Assembly: GCF_964204645.1 (NCBI RefSeq)
Contig: NC_134036.1
Span: 4,804,600 to 4,868,599, forward strand
Source: Tubulanus polymorphus
Lineage: Eukaryota > Animalia > Nemertea
Length of the DNA: 64,000 bases
Direction: 5' to 3'
The stretch's first letter is position 1. Every line of letters begins with the position of its first letter. The notes beneath the pieces are model-generated. The model had not been told where the DNA came from and did not search any database. It saw only the letters and a program-made list of their open reading frames with translations. A program made the translations under genes and the position numbers. Of the stretch, positions 1 to 12,310 are shown in pieces.

Positions 1-292
1 GAATCGACTCTCTGCAAAATTGAAGCTTAACCAATAAGGATTTGGAGTCTCGCTATTGGGCGTCGACAGAAGATCTGCAGTATTTTGACTTCTAGTCTTT
101 CAGCGTCAGCGCGCGTTTAACTCTATGCAGTTTAGGTGGCTTGACGTCCGTTCATACCGTAGTCAATTTTAGATAGGAAATCACTAATAACTGAAATGTC
201 GTCTTGAAAGATTTACAGATGATATTGGAAGTTTAAACTGATCGTATCTCTATTAACGACCGGTGACTGCGCGCTGTGCGCACACTGAAGTG

Positions 293-1441
293 ATGGCTTC
301 AAAAAATGTACCAGATCAGTTCCTCGACCTCAACGGATCGGACCTGACAACAACCACCACTGAGGAGGCGGGGTTTAAACCTCACCCTTTGTGTAAGACT
401 ATCCATCATGCAGATTACAGACCGTTTCTAGAGAACATGATGATACAGGTCACGACGTACATTATTGTCAGCCTTGCTATCTTCGGTTTGGGCACAAATT
501 TGCTGTCTTTTATTATTCTCAGTAAGGAACGTTCAAACAACACCAGTATATTCTATTTGAGATGTTTGTCTGTTGTGGATATGTTCATATGTTTGTCATT
601 TATTGTTTTCGATTTTCATTATTGGCTCTACAGTCACACGCTATTACTGGACATGACTGCTGAAATAAACCACGCTATGAAGCGCATGTCCGCATACACG
701 CAAAACATAAGATTCTTGTTTTCAGATATCAGTGATCTGATAACACTGTTAATAGCTATAGACAGATATATCGCAGTTTGTTGGCCCCTGAAAGCTGTTA
801 GAATTATAAGCATGAAGAAATGTTACGTCTACATCGCTCTTGCTGTGACTATATCAGTTTCCGATCGGATTAAAGAATTCTTCAAATATTTCTCTCGCTC
901 GTCCATCAATCCGTGCACCGGACACGTCAGATGGTCCACGAAGCTGACTGCGTTTACGTTGAAAAATGTTTACGTAAGATACTACGAGTTGTTTGTAAGC
1001 TGCTCGTTACTAGTCATAATCCCGACAGTGATAGTGGTTCTAATAACTATCCGATTGATTTTCACGTTGAGACGCGCAGGAGCAGCGAGAAAAACCATGT
1101 ATACAAAAAATCTAACTTCTAACAGCAGCCGCAGCAGCAGCAGCAGCAGCTGCAGCAGCAGTGACCGTAGTTTAACTCTGACGTTAATTCTCATTTCATG
1201 TTTCTATGTCGTGAAAAAGACGTTTACTCTCAAGGCAAGTATTCATAATCTAATAAAGACTCTGTTCGGTAGAGATGCTACGATTAAGGAAACTCCGCGA
1301 GACACTTTGATTTTCACTATTACCCAGAACATTATTAGAATGATCGTAGCGTCCACTAATTTCGTCATCTATTGCGCTTCGAGGCGTCGCTTTCGAAATC
1401 AACTGAAAGCGATGTTTTCGATTAAGACAAATTGTGACTAG
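293..1441 (+). CDS. Intronless class A (rhodopsin-family) GPCR, FMRFamide/peptide-receptor-like orphan, ~382 aa
   Basis: Seven hydrophobic segments; TM1 GLGTN, TM2 LSVVD, TM3 AIDRYIAVCWPL, TM7 STNFVIYC followed by basic helix 8 (SRRRFRNQL). First ATG is at 293 (the track's 263 start is GTG). Subfamily is judged from motifs only. Confidence 0.88.
   Translation: MASKNVPDQFLDLNGSDLTTTTTEEAGFKPHPLCKTIHHADYRPFLENMMIQVTTYIIVSLAIFGLGTNLLSFIILSKERSNNTSIFYLRCLSVVDMFICLSFIVFDFHYWLYSHTLLLDMTAEINHAMKRMSAYTQNIRFLFSDISDLITLLIAIDRYIAVCWPLKAVRIISMKKCYVYIALAVTISVSDRIKEFFKYFSRSSINPCTGHVRWSTKLTAFTLKNVYVRYYELFVSCSLLVIIPTVIVVLITIRLIFTLRRAGAARKTMYTKNLTSNSSRSSSSSSCSSSDRSLTLTLILISCFYVVKKTFTLKASIHNLIKTLFGRDATIKETPRDTLIFTITQNIIRMIVASTNFVIYCASRRRFRNQLKAMFSIKTNCD
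1121..1162 (+). repeat. Imperfect (AGC)n trinucleotide repeat encoding a poly-Ser tract in intracellular loop 3 of the GPCR
   Basis: aacagcagccgcagcagcagcagcagcagctgcagcagcagt = NSSRSSSSSSCSSS between TM5 and TM6. Confidence 0.9.
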
Positions 1442-1956
1442 AGTAAAACTGAATTGAAAGAATCCGGCCTTAGAATACATAAGTATTCGAACTTTTTAGT
1501 TTGTGGATTTATAATATGTAGTGATAGAAAATTATGCGGCCACGAAAACTTGACCCTGTCGATAAGATGACTGAATAAATTATCTACAGAATATATTTAA
1601 ACATAACTAATAGAACAGAGGCACAAGATATTTATGAAACGCATTGAAACTCCTGAAAACATCCCTGGATCTAGGGAAATTGAGAAGGCGGAGTTCAGAA
1701 GAGAACAAAGGCATCTCTCGGGCAAAGCAGCAGCCGTGTCGTCCCGAGCACCTACCCGTATACAACACGAGAGATTATACTCACGATGAATTATCGAACG
1801 ACGAAAACACTGTGGAACGATGAACTACTTAAACATTAAAACATTTATTCATCATTGAAATACAACTCGTACATTTTGGACATTTTCGTCACTCATACGA
1901 GCCTGTAGTAAGTAGACGAAGTTAAGTTTTCAACCACAGCCTTATTTTAGAAGACT

Positions 1957-2088
1957 AGGCGGGTTCCATAGTCATGGCTTAGACTTAAGACCAGTCTACG
2001 ACCATTTTTGTTCTATAGTCGATCTAAAAATTTGAGTTTTAAGATTCAATACCACTTTCGGTCTCAACGATTATTCTGGCTGTGGCCC
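1957..2088. mobile_element. Degenerate MITE related to the element at 2483-2564
   Basis: Starts ggcgggttccatagtc and ends ggccc-ctg; shares gacttaag/ttctatag/agattcaa..ccacttt words with 2483-2564 and 2642-2822. Boundaries are approximate. Confidence 0.5.
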
Positions 2089-2482
2089 CTGAGTTTCAAG
2101 GTCGGATTCCCGTGGTCGTGCGCGCGTATATCGACAACCCGAATTCAGTAGTTTATTCGCCACTTTAGAATTATTGTTCATTGTTTTTAATGCAATGAGA
2201 ATGAATCGAAGTCGCCGAGATCATTGGCGGATTCGTTAGATCTTTGCACGTTAAGTAAATTGGTAGTTTTTCTCATTTTTCTAAGACTGCAGTTCCGCAA
2301 CCGCCGCTCGTGAGGTAAGTAATAACGATAAAGAGGGCGTCACCGAAAATGACTGCAGCAGGAATCAGTTACAATATTTTTATTCCACCACGTTCTCTTT
2401 CGCACAGATTATTGACCGCGGGCGCGCAGTTGTCTTGCAGTCGTTGGTCCGTCTATTTCACCTCGGACGCGTTAATCTACTG

Positions 2483-2564
2483 GGGCTGGTTCAATAGCCG
2501 AGACTTAAGTCCAAAAGTGGTCTTAAATCCTAAGACTGAACTAATGTGACTATGGAACCGGCCC
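2483..2564. mobile_element. 82-bp MITE with CTG target-site duplication (PIF/Harbinger-like)
   Basis: TIRs gggctggttcaatag / ctatggaaccggccc (13/15 match), flanked by CTG at 2480-2482 and 2565-2567. Confidence 0.75.
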
Positions 2565-2641
2565 CTGTTCCATAGTCGACAATAGACTAAATACAGCTGA
2601 GACTCAGAGAAAGTAGTGTGCAGTCGTAGAAATCGGTAGTC

Positions 2642-2822
2642 GGGGCCGGCTATACACCTTTATGGCTCAAATAAGATACCCGGCTAAGACCATTACCGTG
2701 GCTTGAATTGAATACTGGTTTAGGAGAAAACTAGTTCTATAGCAAAACTAAAAACTCGAGACCAGCTTTTTTGAGATTCAAGGCCACTTTTGATTCTAAG
2801 CCGTGAAAGTGACTGAACTGTG
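2642..2822. mobile_element. Degenerate MITE remnant of the same family
   Basis: Starts ggggccggct; internal agttctatagc..ctaaaaa..gagattcaaggccacttttg resembles 2010-2060. The ends are eroded. Confidence 0.4.
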
Positions 2823-3455
2823 CTGAAGATTCATGTGCCGGGAGTATAATCGGCTTAGGGAGATATATTCCATCTCTTCCGTTTTCATGACGCGGGAAAG
2901 TTGTTTTTTTCTTGTTTGTAGCAGTAAGGCGGCAGTTGTTGTAGTCTTTTGTTGTAATCTATTTTCATCACTTGTCGGGGACGGTAGACATCTATTATCT
3001 ACTTAAAGCACTAAAATCGATTTGAAACTACGTACAGGAATCCTGTTATATTCAGGACAACTCGAGCTATCCCGCTAGATGGCGTGTGTATCGATAGGAC
3101 GACGCGATCGAAATTCGAAATATTCAATCTAAATTTAGTTCATCTTCAACCGTACTGATTTTTGCATCACATAGCAAAGATCAGATCGTTTCGCGTTTCT
3201 TGATAAACTAAGAATGAACTTTTGGCTAGGGCGGTTCCTAATCATAATTCCGAGGCGGCTATGTCTAGAGGATCTTGACATAAGAAAATAAGAAAAAATC
3301 CTGCATCGTTGTCCGAACGCGCCCCTGGTGGATCCTCGCTTGCCGCGAGTGGAATCATCAACTGCCATAAGCGAACGTGTTCGGTATTCCTAATTTCAGC
3401 GTGGATGTGCGCAGGTGAGCCGCGCCGCGTCCACCCAGACGGCGCGTCTCCATTT

Positions 3456-4067
3456 TCACTCAAAATACAACCCGTAGATCATAGCGACAGCGAACAGCGA
3501 ACCGTTCGAGTATTTGACGCTGAGAAAACTGTCCAACTGCTCGTTCCACAGACACCGGCTCCCGAACTGCATTCCGGGTCGTTCGCGTAGACTACCGATG
3601 CTGACGACGGCCACCATTTTGTATCGCTTGTACGCCAGCGATTTCAAACGTTCCATGATCTCGGCGGCCAGTTCCTGCGTCAACGACTTGCAGCGATTCG
3701 CCTCGTAGTATACGTCGGCCAGTCGCTCGCCGAGCACGTCCTTGATCAGTTTTTCGACGTCTTTAGCGCGGAATCGTTCGTCCGGTTCGGTTTTGTAGGT
3801 GTTTTCGTAACGCGTTTGGGCGCCGGTTCGTTTCGTCGTCGTGGTCGTCGCGCCGTCTATCACCGAGTTCAGTTCGTAGCCGACGCCGGCTTGTTGTAAC
3901 GACGCGTCGACGCTAGACGGCGCCGCGTTCTGCGCGTCTTGGGCGGCGGCGACCGCGTTGATAGGCCGCCGCGATCGACGCAAGCTGGCGGCCCCGCTGT
4001 CCGACGGTTGCGGGCCGCTGCGCGTCGAGACCGATCCTACGTCTTTGGAGCGCATTATTCGCGACAT
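3456..4067 (-). CDS. Tctex1-domain-containing dynein light chain (TCTEX1D1/DYNLT5-like), 203 aa
   Basis: YENTY..P..RF, RYKMVAVVSIG, GSRCLW...DSF....Y.N.SLFAVA.IYGLYFE match the Tctex-1 family with a low-complexity N-terminal extension. A probable acceptor (ttttcatcgtctttcaaatag, AG at 4072-4071) lies 3 nt upstream of the ATG, so an upstream exon is likely. Confidence 0.92.
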   Translation of the reverse strand: MSRIMRSKDVGSVSTRSGPQPSDSGAASLRRSRRPINAVAAAQDAQNAAPSSVDASLQQAGVGYELNSVIDGATTTTTKRTGAQTRYENTYKTEPDERFRAKDVEKLIKDVLGERLADVYYEANRCKSLTQELAAEIMERLKSLAYKRYKMVAVVSIGSLRERPGMQFGSRCLWNEQLDSFLSVKYSNGSLFAVAMIYGLYFE

Positions 4068-4456
4068 TACCTATTTGAAAGACGATGAAAATTTCGGTCC
4101 TACTTATCCAGGTCACGTCGACACTGAAAAAACAAAAGAATACGAAATTCAATTATCAGTTTTGATTTCGGTACAATTTTGAAATTAGAGTAATAGCAAA
4201 ACTTCGGTAAAAATCTTAATCTCGATTTCGAAGTTTCCTAACAATATTAGGTCGATTTGAAAATTCTGTAAATTGAACTGAACACCGAACTCTAAGTTTA
4301 TTAGCCCGCAATAAGAATTAAAAAAAAAAACTAAGAGATTCTACGAGCCATTTTTCAATACCAGAATTGTGAAGATAGCTCATAGATTTGAGTCGAAATC
4401 TCCTTGTTTTTTTTCTTCTTACTGTGGGCTTATCGACTTAGCATTAGCGAGTCGCT

Positions 4457-4470
4457 TTGTCTATGGAAAC
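4457..4470 (-). promoter_or_regulatory. Possible RFX X-box upstream of the Tctex1-domain gene
   Basis: GTTTCCATAGACAA on the minus strand resembles GTTNCCATGGNAAC (one half imperfect); a candidate donor (ca|gtaaga) is at 4422. Confidence 0.3.
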
Positions 4471-6445
4471 AAGTGAACTTCGCTGGCCGATTTAAAAATC
4501 AAACCCATTGTTTCGTTCCTGTGTGTTTGTAAGGAACACACGTATTTATCAATAATCAATTATCTAACTATATAAAAGTGACGAAGTTCGCTCGCTTACT
4601 ACGCCTAGCTATATGAAGGTATTGGTCGCTATTCTTACGATCGCAAAAACAGCATTCCCGACATCAAGATAGCTATCAATTATTCGTGATCATTTCCTGA
4701 CCCGATTACATTTTTTTTCAATATCCCTAGAAAGGTCAGTCCGATAAGAAATGTTTGATGATTGTAAGGCCGTATTGATATGTACTTTGGATATTATTCC
4801 ATGGATGTTTACTTGGAGGCTAATCCACACTTCTAGGTACAACATAGCTATCGACTACATAATTAAAGGTTTTCTTCGAGTTTAGAACTCGTGGTTCATT
4901 TTCACCCAATAGCCTTTTAACGTTTTAGTCGCGATGGCCGCGCACTATCGATCGAATATCTATGAAAAAGGTAGCCGCTTCGTTCTGTTTCAGTTAAAAG
5001 ATTATTTTCACTCAAGAAAGAATAATTATGGGCCTCTCCTTGCATCCCCTCCGATCATTGAATTCGTGTATTTGTATTGATATTGTTCAATTCTCGTAAT
5101 TCAAAATAGAGAAATAGAATTGTCGAATATGATTTTGGCGTTTAATTGATCGAAACTGAACTGAATAAAATGGTAAAAACGTCGTCCTCAAAATAGCGCG
5201 ATAATACTACGCAATTGATTATCAATTAGTGAATAAAATACATAATGCATCTGAGAGTGAAAACCGCACAACAATGAATTTAACGAGCAAGAGTTTAAGA
5301 ATGGATGATCTAATGAGACTACTGCAAACTATTTCTGCGCTTGCTTTTGGAAGCTAACATTGGCCGAATTATTGATTGCATATAACGACGGTTTTTAAGG
5401 CTACTGCCAAAACCATGTGCTGTCAATAAACCTGTAATTAATGATTAATCAAACGTTCAGTTTCGAAGCGTGAGAATAATCTCAACCACTTGATTAAGCA
5501 AGAAGGGGGGGGGGGGTGGGTACGGCTTTAGAATGTCCAAAAGAGCTGACGTTTGTATACTCGTACGTTCTCAAATATAATACATCGGCTATTTCACCGC
5601 ACGAAAATCAAATATTAAACCTCGGCGAGCGCATACGCCACATTAAGCTCAAGTTGAAAAACGTATTCATATCTACATAGCGAAATGCATCTAGATCTTT
5701 CGCCCGAGAAATCACGACAATTTAATGCGACAAATATTTGAATTAAGAAATACTTCACGGCGCAATTAAACCCATACAGCCCTTACAATAAGCGTAATTA
5801 CGTATATGCGTGCATATGCGCAAGGTCTTCAAAGGGTTTAGTAAATTGGAAAAATGGTTCGTTTTAAATCTCGCTATAGGTCAATGTTCTCCATTAGCCC
5901 CCCTCCCCTCCCCCGCGTGGTTCGACAATTACCGAAAATTCTATTAATTCGAATAAAAGCATGTTCATGAAACTAAATGTTGTTTGTTATGTGGTCATGT
6001 CATTTGAATTCTGATTCGAAGGTATTCGAAACAGAATTCGCTTTACTGGGACCAGCTTAAAACTTCGCCGTTTAAACTTATGGAAATATTGCGACAATCT
6101 CGAGTTCGACTGTGTTGAATAACGAGGGAAAATCTAAATTCCGAACTTTTAGACCTACAATTTAATAAATCAAATTGAATATCATTAAAAAAAACTGTTT
6201 ACGACATTTCTTTAATTTGCAAAGCACTAAAAGCCCGGCACAATTTGACGGATGTTAGCATTTAGTTTGGCTCCGTTCGACCAGGTCTCCCTCGTTTCGT
6301 GGCTCAATCATAACATACAAAATCGATTCTGGACCCGGTTCAACGGTTAAAACTATGTTTCCGAGATTGAAAACAATAAATCTTCCGTGAATCGTTAGGA
6401 TTTGAGCCATCAAACTCGGAGCGACAATTTTAATTTGAAATCCAG

Positions 6446-6554
6446 GGACCAGTTTTGTAGACCGGTATTATCTTTAACCCGGGGGTTAATTCAATTAAAA
6501 ATGAATTTAGTTAGCCCCAGGCTTAGAGTTAATACCAGTCTATATAACCGGACC
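6446..6554. mobile_element. 109-bp MITE with CAG target-site duplication (PIF/Harbinger-like)
   Basis: ~25-bp imperfect TIRs ggaccagttttgtagaccggtatta / taataccagtctatataaccggacc; CAG at 6443-6445 and 6555-6557. Confidence 0.8.
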
Positions 6555-8012
6555 CAGATTTTTATGAGAAATCTTACTTACACCTACGGTCAGGATACGC
6601 CGTCCAGCAATACGGTACCTTTAAACCCCCCGGCGACGCTACGAATTCGAAGATCGTTTACTAGTGACGACCTGTACATTTTGGGGTGTACAACTGTCGC
6701 TAGATAGCGGGCGCGAAAGCGAAATCGCTGGTTTAATCAAATAATGAGAGTCAACAAACACCAATTAGTTTCCAAGCGAAATTGCTCGACTCTGTTCGCG
6801 CTATATACGCTATTACTATCGTTTCTGTCCATTCGCCCGTTTACGATATCCGTACAGGTTATGAAGGAGAAATTATTTGCGTTGTTTTTTTTTTCTCTGC
6901 TAAAACAAAAATCTAGTTGAATTCGAAGTTCCAGCTTTTAAACGTATATGCTGATTTTCAATAAACTAGTCAGTATCTCTGTCCGTAAATGTTCTCTTGA
7001 CAACCTTAAAATCCGTTTGTAAGTCGTAACCATTGATGGACCTTCACGTGTCCGTGTGTGTACGGATATAAAATGATCCAGAAACATTACCTCGAGCTCA
7101 AATTCATATTCATCCGAATGATTCGACTATATCTTAATGAGTTACTAATATTTATTTCGACACCGCTGCTCGAACGTTACGCCCGTGTTGTAAAGATGAT
7201 GTAGAATTCGCTTTAATTTTTATATATAAAATATGACCGCTATACACTGGTCTGAAATACGAACCACACTTCAAATCCTAATACACCGCGTGGCCGAATA
7301 TATTAAAGCACTACCACAAATTCGTTTTAAATCCATAAAATCCGTCGTGAACGCTTAATACGGTATTAGTATATAAAACATTGTCTCTATGCGTGTACTG
7401 TTTTTAATCTCTCTATATCCAACTCGGGCAAGCTATGTTAAATCCACGACGCTTCGCTATAAAGCACGCTCGAATTCTTTATAAGCTATAAAAATGTCTT
7501 ATACTCAATGAATAAATAGCGTACGCGCGTACGACAGCGAATTCGATCCCGTTGCGCGATATCCGGTTTGTTATTTATATCGGCCAAGGTCGCCGGCGAC
7601 TCATTACCGGTATACGTTGCCTTTTGAATATAATAACGTTATACCCGCCGTACTGCAGTCGCCCGCGACCGATTCAGGCTGGATGGACGATCGTTGACAC
7701 GAAACGGTACCGAAATTCCCGATTGTGTACTTTGATTGAAAATATCTGTACGTCGATTTCGTCCGATTTAGAAAAAGAAAAATCGAACCCATTTTCTATT
7801 CACGACGGGTGCGGTCGGTCCGTAAGGGTTGTGCCGAATAGGTTCGTCAAAATAACCGATCGATCAAATGCAATTTCTAGAGATATATCAACGATTTTTC
7901 AAAATCGTGCGCATAAACACTTTCATCCCAATGACATTTGGAATCTAAAGATATCAGAAAAGAGTTTTCATTATCTGGCTATTTTATTTGCTGCGCGTCT
8001 ATTGTCATTCAG

Positions 8013-8120
8013 GGTCCAGTTCCCCAGTTCTAAATTAAGATTTGACTCCGGGTGAAAACATTGAAAATGAACTAACTTTAACTCAGAGTTAATTCTAACT
8101 CACAACTGTGGAACTGGGAC
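8013..8120 (-). mobile_element. 108-bp MITE, same family as 36053-36160 in opposite orientation
   Basis: TIRs ggtccagttccccagtt / aactgtggaactgggac; flanks CAG and CTG; colinear over its whole length with the reverse complement of 36053-36160. Confidence 0.85.
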
Positions 8121-9359
8121 CTGGGTTACAGTGTAACCAAATGCGTGCGATACATTCGATTGCACTCCAAAAACCCTTATTGAGAGAATCATTTATTGCT
8201 CAAAAATTTCTAGAATAGCGTTTTCTGTTCGTTTACATAAGCGCAGGAAAATACGGCATATTTTATTCGTATTCAAATACGGTGGACTTTGCTGCACCGG
8301 CTGGAAAAATGAAAATAAGAAATAAGTGTATGTCCCCCGAATGACGACGTCGTAGAGTTCGTAAAGTTTTCTAAACACGCTATCTACTTACTGCCCGTAC
8401 AGCGAAACCGCATTTTCATCGACGTATTGCATCAATAATCAAAAATCGTTTCGGAAAATTTCGAAATGACATCCGACGAAAATTTGCCTCGAGCGAAAAG
8501 ACGATACGATATGGAGATGAAAGTTTTCAGAAAGACATCGATAGCAAAAAATATAGATTTTTATTCGGCGAAACTTTGAAAGCTGAACTCGAATCGATCG
8601 GAGATTTTCGTCGTCGAAATATTCTCCTCACCCATTCGCCCGAGGCTGCGCTCCGTATATTGCGTAGAGGATTTCATCGTTCTCCGAGCCGCGGACGGCC
8701 GCGATTAAGCGTCGTCGTTTCGATAAAAAGATTTCTTTTCAAAAGTTTTTCAGACGATTACCAGAAAGCGGTTCATTTTAATTTCGAGAAGCATTTCGTC
8801 GTTTTCACCGATAGCCGCCGGGCACGAAGCAAGGCCAGCGGCGTATTTCCGAAATTAGAACGGCGAAAGCAGCCGTATAAATCGACGAATACGTCGTTCT
8901 AATTTATGTATTTAGACGCATTTTGTCGGGGCTTTTTTCTGTCGATGTCGATTCGTTGTTTTCGACACTTCAACGTATGTTTCGAAAGACTTCGGAATCG
9001 CGCTTTGCTAGCGCTCGCACGCACATGATCGCTCGTGCGGTTTGATGTTCAAAATTGCTCTACACTCGAAGTTATTTGTGGGCTGGCTATTCGTTGTCTG
9101 CTTTCTGTCTCGTTAGATTTTTTTCGAAAGAGTTGGCGATTTCTGACGGTAAAGCACCAGGCCGGGAGCGACGGGGAACGAATATAATCCGGAATACATT
9201 TAGTCTTATGTAATCTCGCGTCGATATCGAGGAAAGATATATCTTTGTGTTTAGTGCGACTGAATTTGACCCCCCCCCCCCCAAAGAAAAAAGAAAACAG
9301 TAGCCGGGAAACAGAAATCGGGACTCGAACACACGGCACCAGCGGATATCTTACGGTGT

Positions 9360-10361
9360 ATGAGTTTCCGCGTCTTTCGTTTTGCGATGTCCCTGAACCT
9401 ATCCACGCCGATCGGGCGTCCTTACAACAGCTACATAACTTTGATGTCGCTGCTGGGCAAATCCGGCGCCTGGCGCGCGTCAGCCGTGGCCATGTCGGTC
9501 GTACTGTTTTCGCTGGGCGCGTTCGGTAACGTGGCCACGGTGCTCGTCATGTCGCACCGTCGTTTTCGCCGCCTGTCCTACGCCAACTACCTGATCGCGC
9601 TGGCCGTCTGCGACGGCGTTTATATCATCAGCCAGACGCTGATGCCTTTGGTGCAATACGCGTTGCACGAAGCGACCGGCGGTTCGGCGGCGATTTTCAA
9701 CACGCTCACCGGCTGTCAGATTTACGAGTTCCTAGTCGGTCTGGGCCCGTTCGCCGGCTCGTGGTTGATCGTGGCTATATCGTTAGAACGCCTGGCCGTC
9801 GTGCTTTTCCCGTTCGCGGCGCGGCGCGTGTGCACGGCTAGATTCGCACGTTCGATCGTGCTGGCAGTCCTGCTCGCGAACATCGCCGTATCTTACTACG
9901 TAGAAGTAGTCTACATGCGGTTTCGCGACGCCGACGAAGGCTGTTTCATGGAGCTGTCGCGCCAGCGCGTTCTGTTCTCGTTCATCGTGTCGTACTGCTG
10001 TATCGTACCGTTGGCCGTGGTGATCGCCGCCAACGCCGTCATAGTGACTTGCCTGGCGATCGGCGGGCGGGCAGCGTCGCCGAGCGTGACGAGCGACGCC
10101 GGCGCGAAAACGACCGCGCGTACCAGGCGCACGACGGTGATGTTGGTCACCGTTTCGTTGCTGTTCGCCGCGTTCACGATGCCGTCGACGGTCGTCACGC
10201 TGCTGCCCGTCGGCGATGTGGCGATCCTGCTGGATGTATTGTCGCAGCTTTTCGCCTGCAATTACGCCGTGAACTTCTACGTGTACGTTCTGCTCGGTAA
10301 AGAAATTAGGACGTTTTTCGTCGCCAGACTCGCAGCCGTGTGTTGCTACCGTCAGATTTGA
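9360..10361 (+). CDS. Intronless class A GPCR, peptide-receptor-like orphan, up to 333 aa
   Basis: TM1 GAFGN, TM2 LAVCD, TM3 Cys and AISLERLAVVLFPF, ECL2 Cys, TM6 FAAFTMP, TM7 NYAVNFYVY, helix 8 GKEIR. The true start may be a downstream ATG. Confidence 0.88.
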   Translation: MSFRVFRFAMSLNLSTPIGRPYNSYITLMSLLGKSGAWRASAVAMSVVLFSLGAFGNVATVLVMSHRRFRRLSYANYLIALAVCDGVYIISQTLMPLVQYALHEATGGSAAIFNTLTGCQIYEFLVGLGPFAGSWLIVAISLERLAVVLFPFAARRVCTARFARSIVLAVLLANIAVSYYVEVVYMRFRDADEGCFMELSRQRVLFSFIVSYCCIVPLAVVIAANAVIVTCLAIGGRAASPSVTSDAGAKTTARTRRTTVMLVTVSLLFAAFTMPSTVVTLLPVGDVAILLDVLSQLFACNYAVNFYVYVLLGKEIRTFFVARLAAVCCYRQI

Positions 10362-11816
10362 TTCACTATTCGCGTGATAGCAAAATATAACCCGCCACAA
10401 AAATAACACGTCAGAATTTTTGCTGTGGTATTACCTCTAAACCCTCTAGTGCTTCAGCCCTAAAATGAATGATATTTCCCATTGGCCTTTGTTTTCTGCA
10501 TCCTCAAGGTGCATGACGATACATATTCAGTATAAGTTTCGAAACATTTTCGGAAAAATCGATGTCCTTCATATTTCAATGAAAATGTGGATATCGTATG
10601 GGTCGAAAGCTTCAATCAAGATACGATACGATATAACCTTATTCTCCTAGCCTAGAAACGATTGTACAAGGAGGTCTAAAAAGATGATAGATAGAAAAAT
10701 ACAATACCAAAAAATACAAAAAATGCAGGAATTGATATAAGCTACAATTTCAAGTTGAAAATACAGCTTTTAACAACACAGGCGCCATCTATCATGAAAC
10801 TATGTACTAAGTGTCATTAAATGTGGACAATGGCAGCCATAATCGGAAAAAGGTTTATCCACGAGCTTGGACCGGAATGCTGTATGGTTGAAAAAGCCGT
10901 ACCTTAAGATAAAACTTGAGCTTTTGAGTAGAAAATCTCGAAAATAGTTACCGATATAGTTGATCGTTGGAAGTGGCGACAGGCAGTTTACTGGTGGGGT
11001 TAGAGCTGCCCAAACGCGTTTCGAGTATCGTAGATATAAAGCGGAATAGCATTATAACGAGACCGAGGCCTTTTACTCGTTGGTTACGTACATTGTTTTC
11101 CTTGATTAAACGTTACGAACCTCATATAGGAATATTACACATGTTTTGACTAATATGGCAATCTTCACACTTCTAAAGGGTTACAAACTATATTATGATT
11201 CACTACAACAACTAATTTTGAATAATGGTCCTAACAATTCACTGATATTAACAATTCACACTGACAATTATAAAGCGATTGCCCAATTAACCGATTGTAT
11301 TCAGTTCACTAATAGAACTTTGGTCAATAGGCCCTATTCTAACAATGAATCTAATCCGCTAATAAGACATCGGAACACAAATCTACTTTTCATCCTCCCG
11401 GTATAACCCTGGATTTAGGACCTTGATGTAGGCCCATTATGGATACTCCATTTGAGGTTATTATGGTGGAGATATTTTGGACGGAGAATGATTCAGATTT
11501 GTACAGATATTCTACATTTTGAGATCTTGTCAGTTGGATTAGCCGACAAATCCGAATGGATTCAAACTCCAATATGATTACGAATTCCAATTATAAAAAA
11601 CGGCAAATACAGGGTCATAGCAGTCCTCGAAAGTCCTTTTTTGAAATGGGTCAATATTTGAGTAAAGTACTATGAGATGGGCACAGAATCCTTAAATCGT
11701 TGTCAGTCATGGTCTTAATATAGCATCACTGTATTCAACGTATTTAAAGGTTGATTTATTGACATCCTTCGAAAATACATTCGTGATTCATGAATATTCA
11801 GCTATTCATCGCGCAC

Positions 11817-12310
11817 ATGGGAACCTGGAATGTCGGTAAAAATCTCCCCAATAAAAAATGTCCCGAAAAATATGTCCCCGGAAAAAATGTTCCATAAAAA
11901 ATGTCTCAGTCTATCAATTTAGTAAATTCCACATAATAATAAAACCAGAGAACAAACTTGTTAATTGTGAAAATTACACACTTACCATTAAAAGAATTCA
12001 TCGGGTGACCATCGGAATTATAGGCCTACTATTTTGCCATTAATTAATTTTGCCTATTGAGAACATGTGAACTCATCATTACATGATACTTTAAATTTAA
12101 GACGTTACATTTATGATACAAATAATTACATCAACGAAGAGCTATTATTTGTAATCAAATGTTAAAATTATTATCAAATTGTATTTCAAAGTTTGTTCTC
12201 TAGTGTTATCATGATGTGAAAGTAACTACATTACCAAGTTCGTAATCATACAGGGACATTTTTTTCACGGGGAGATATTTTCCGGGACATTTTTTTCCAT
12301 GTTTTCCATT
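11817..12310. mobile_element. Non-autonomous DNA-transposon remnant with inverted, internally repeated ends
   Basis: Left end has tandem aaaaaatgtccc-like units (11835-11908); right end has the inverted gggacatttttt / ggagatattttcc units (12253-12298); AT-rich core; no clear TSD. Confidence 0.6.

Noticed and set aside
3071-3085. CTCF-like motif ccgctagatggcg (similar word at ~10781)
   Set aside because: Short motif that is common in invertebrate repeats; no independent support
5505-5520. Poly-G and poly-C runs (also ~5898-5914, 9270-9282) as G-quadruplexes
   Set aside because: Simple homopolymers with no supporting context
7552-8055. 167-aa ORF
   Set aside because: TTG start, no recognisable domain, and it runs into the MITE at 8013
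9783-10409. 208-aa antisense ORF and other overlapping ORFs on GPCR 9360-10361 and the Tctex gene
   Set aside because: Shadow ORFs expected in GC-rich coding DNA; no motifs
11390-11590. Possible Penelope/GIY-YIG remnant (minus-strand YIKVLNPGL-like words)
   Set aside because: Too short and interrupted by stops to support without a profile search
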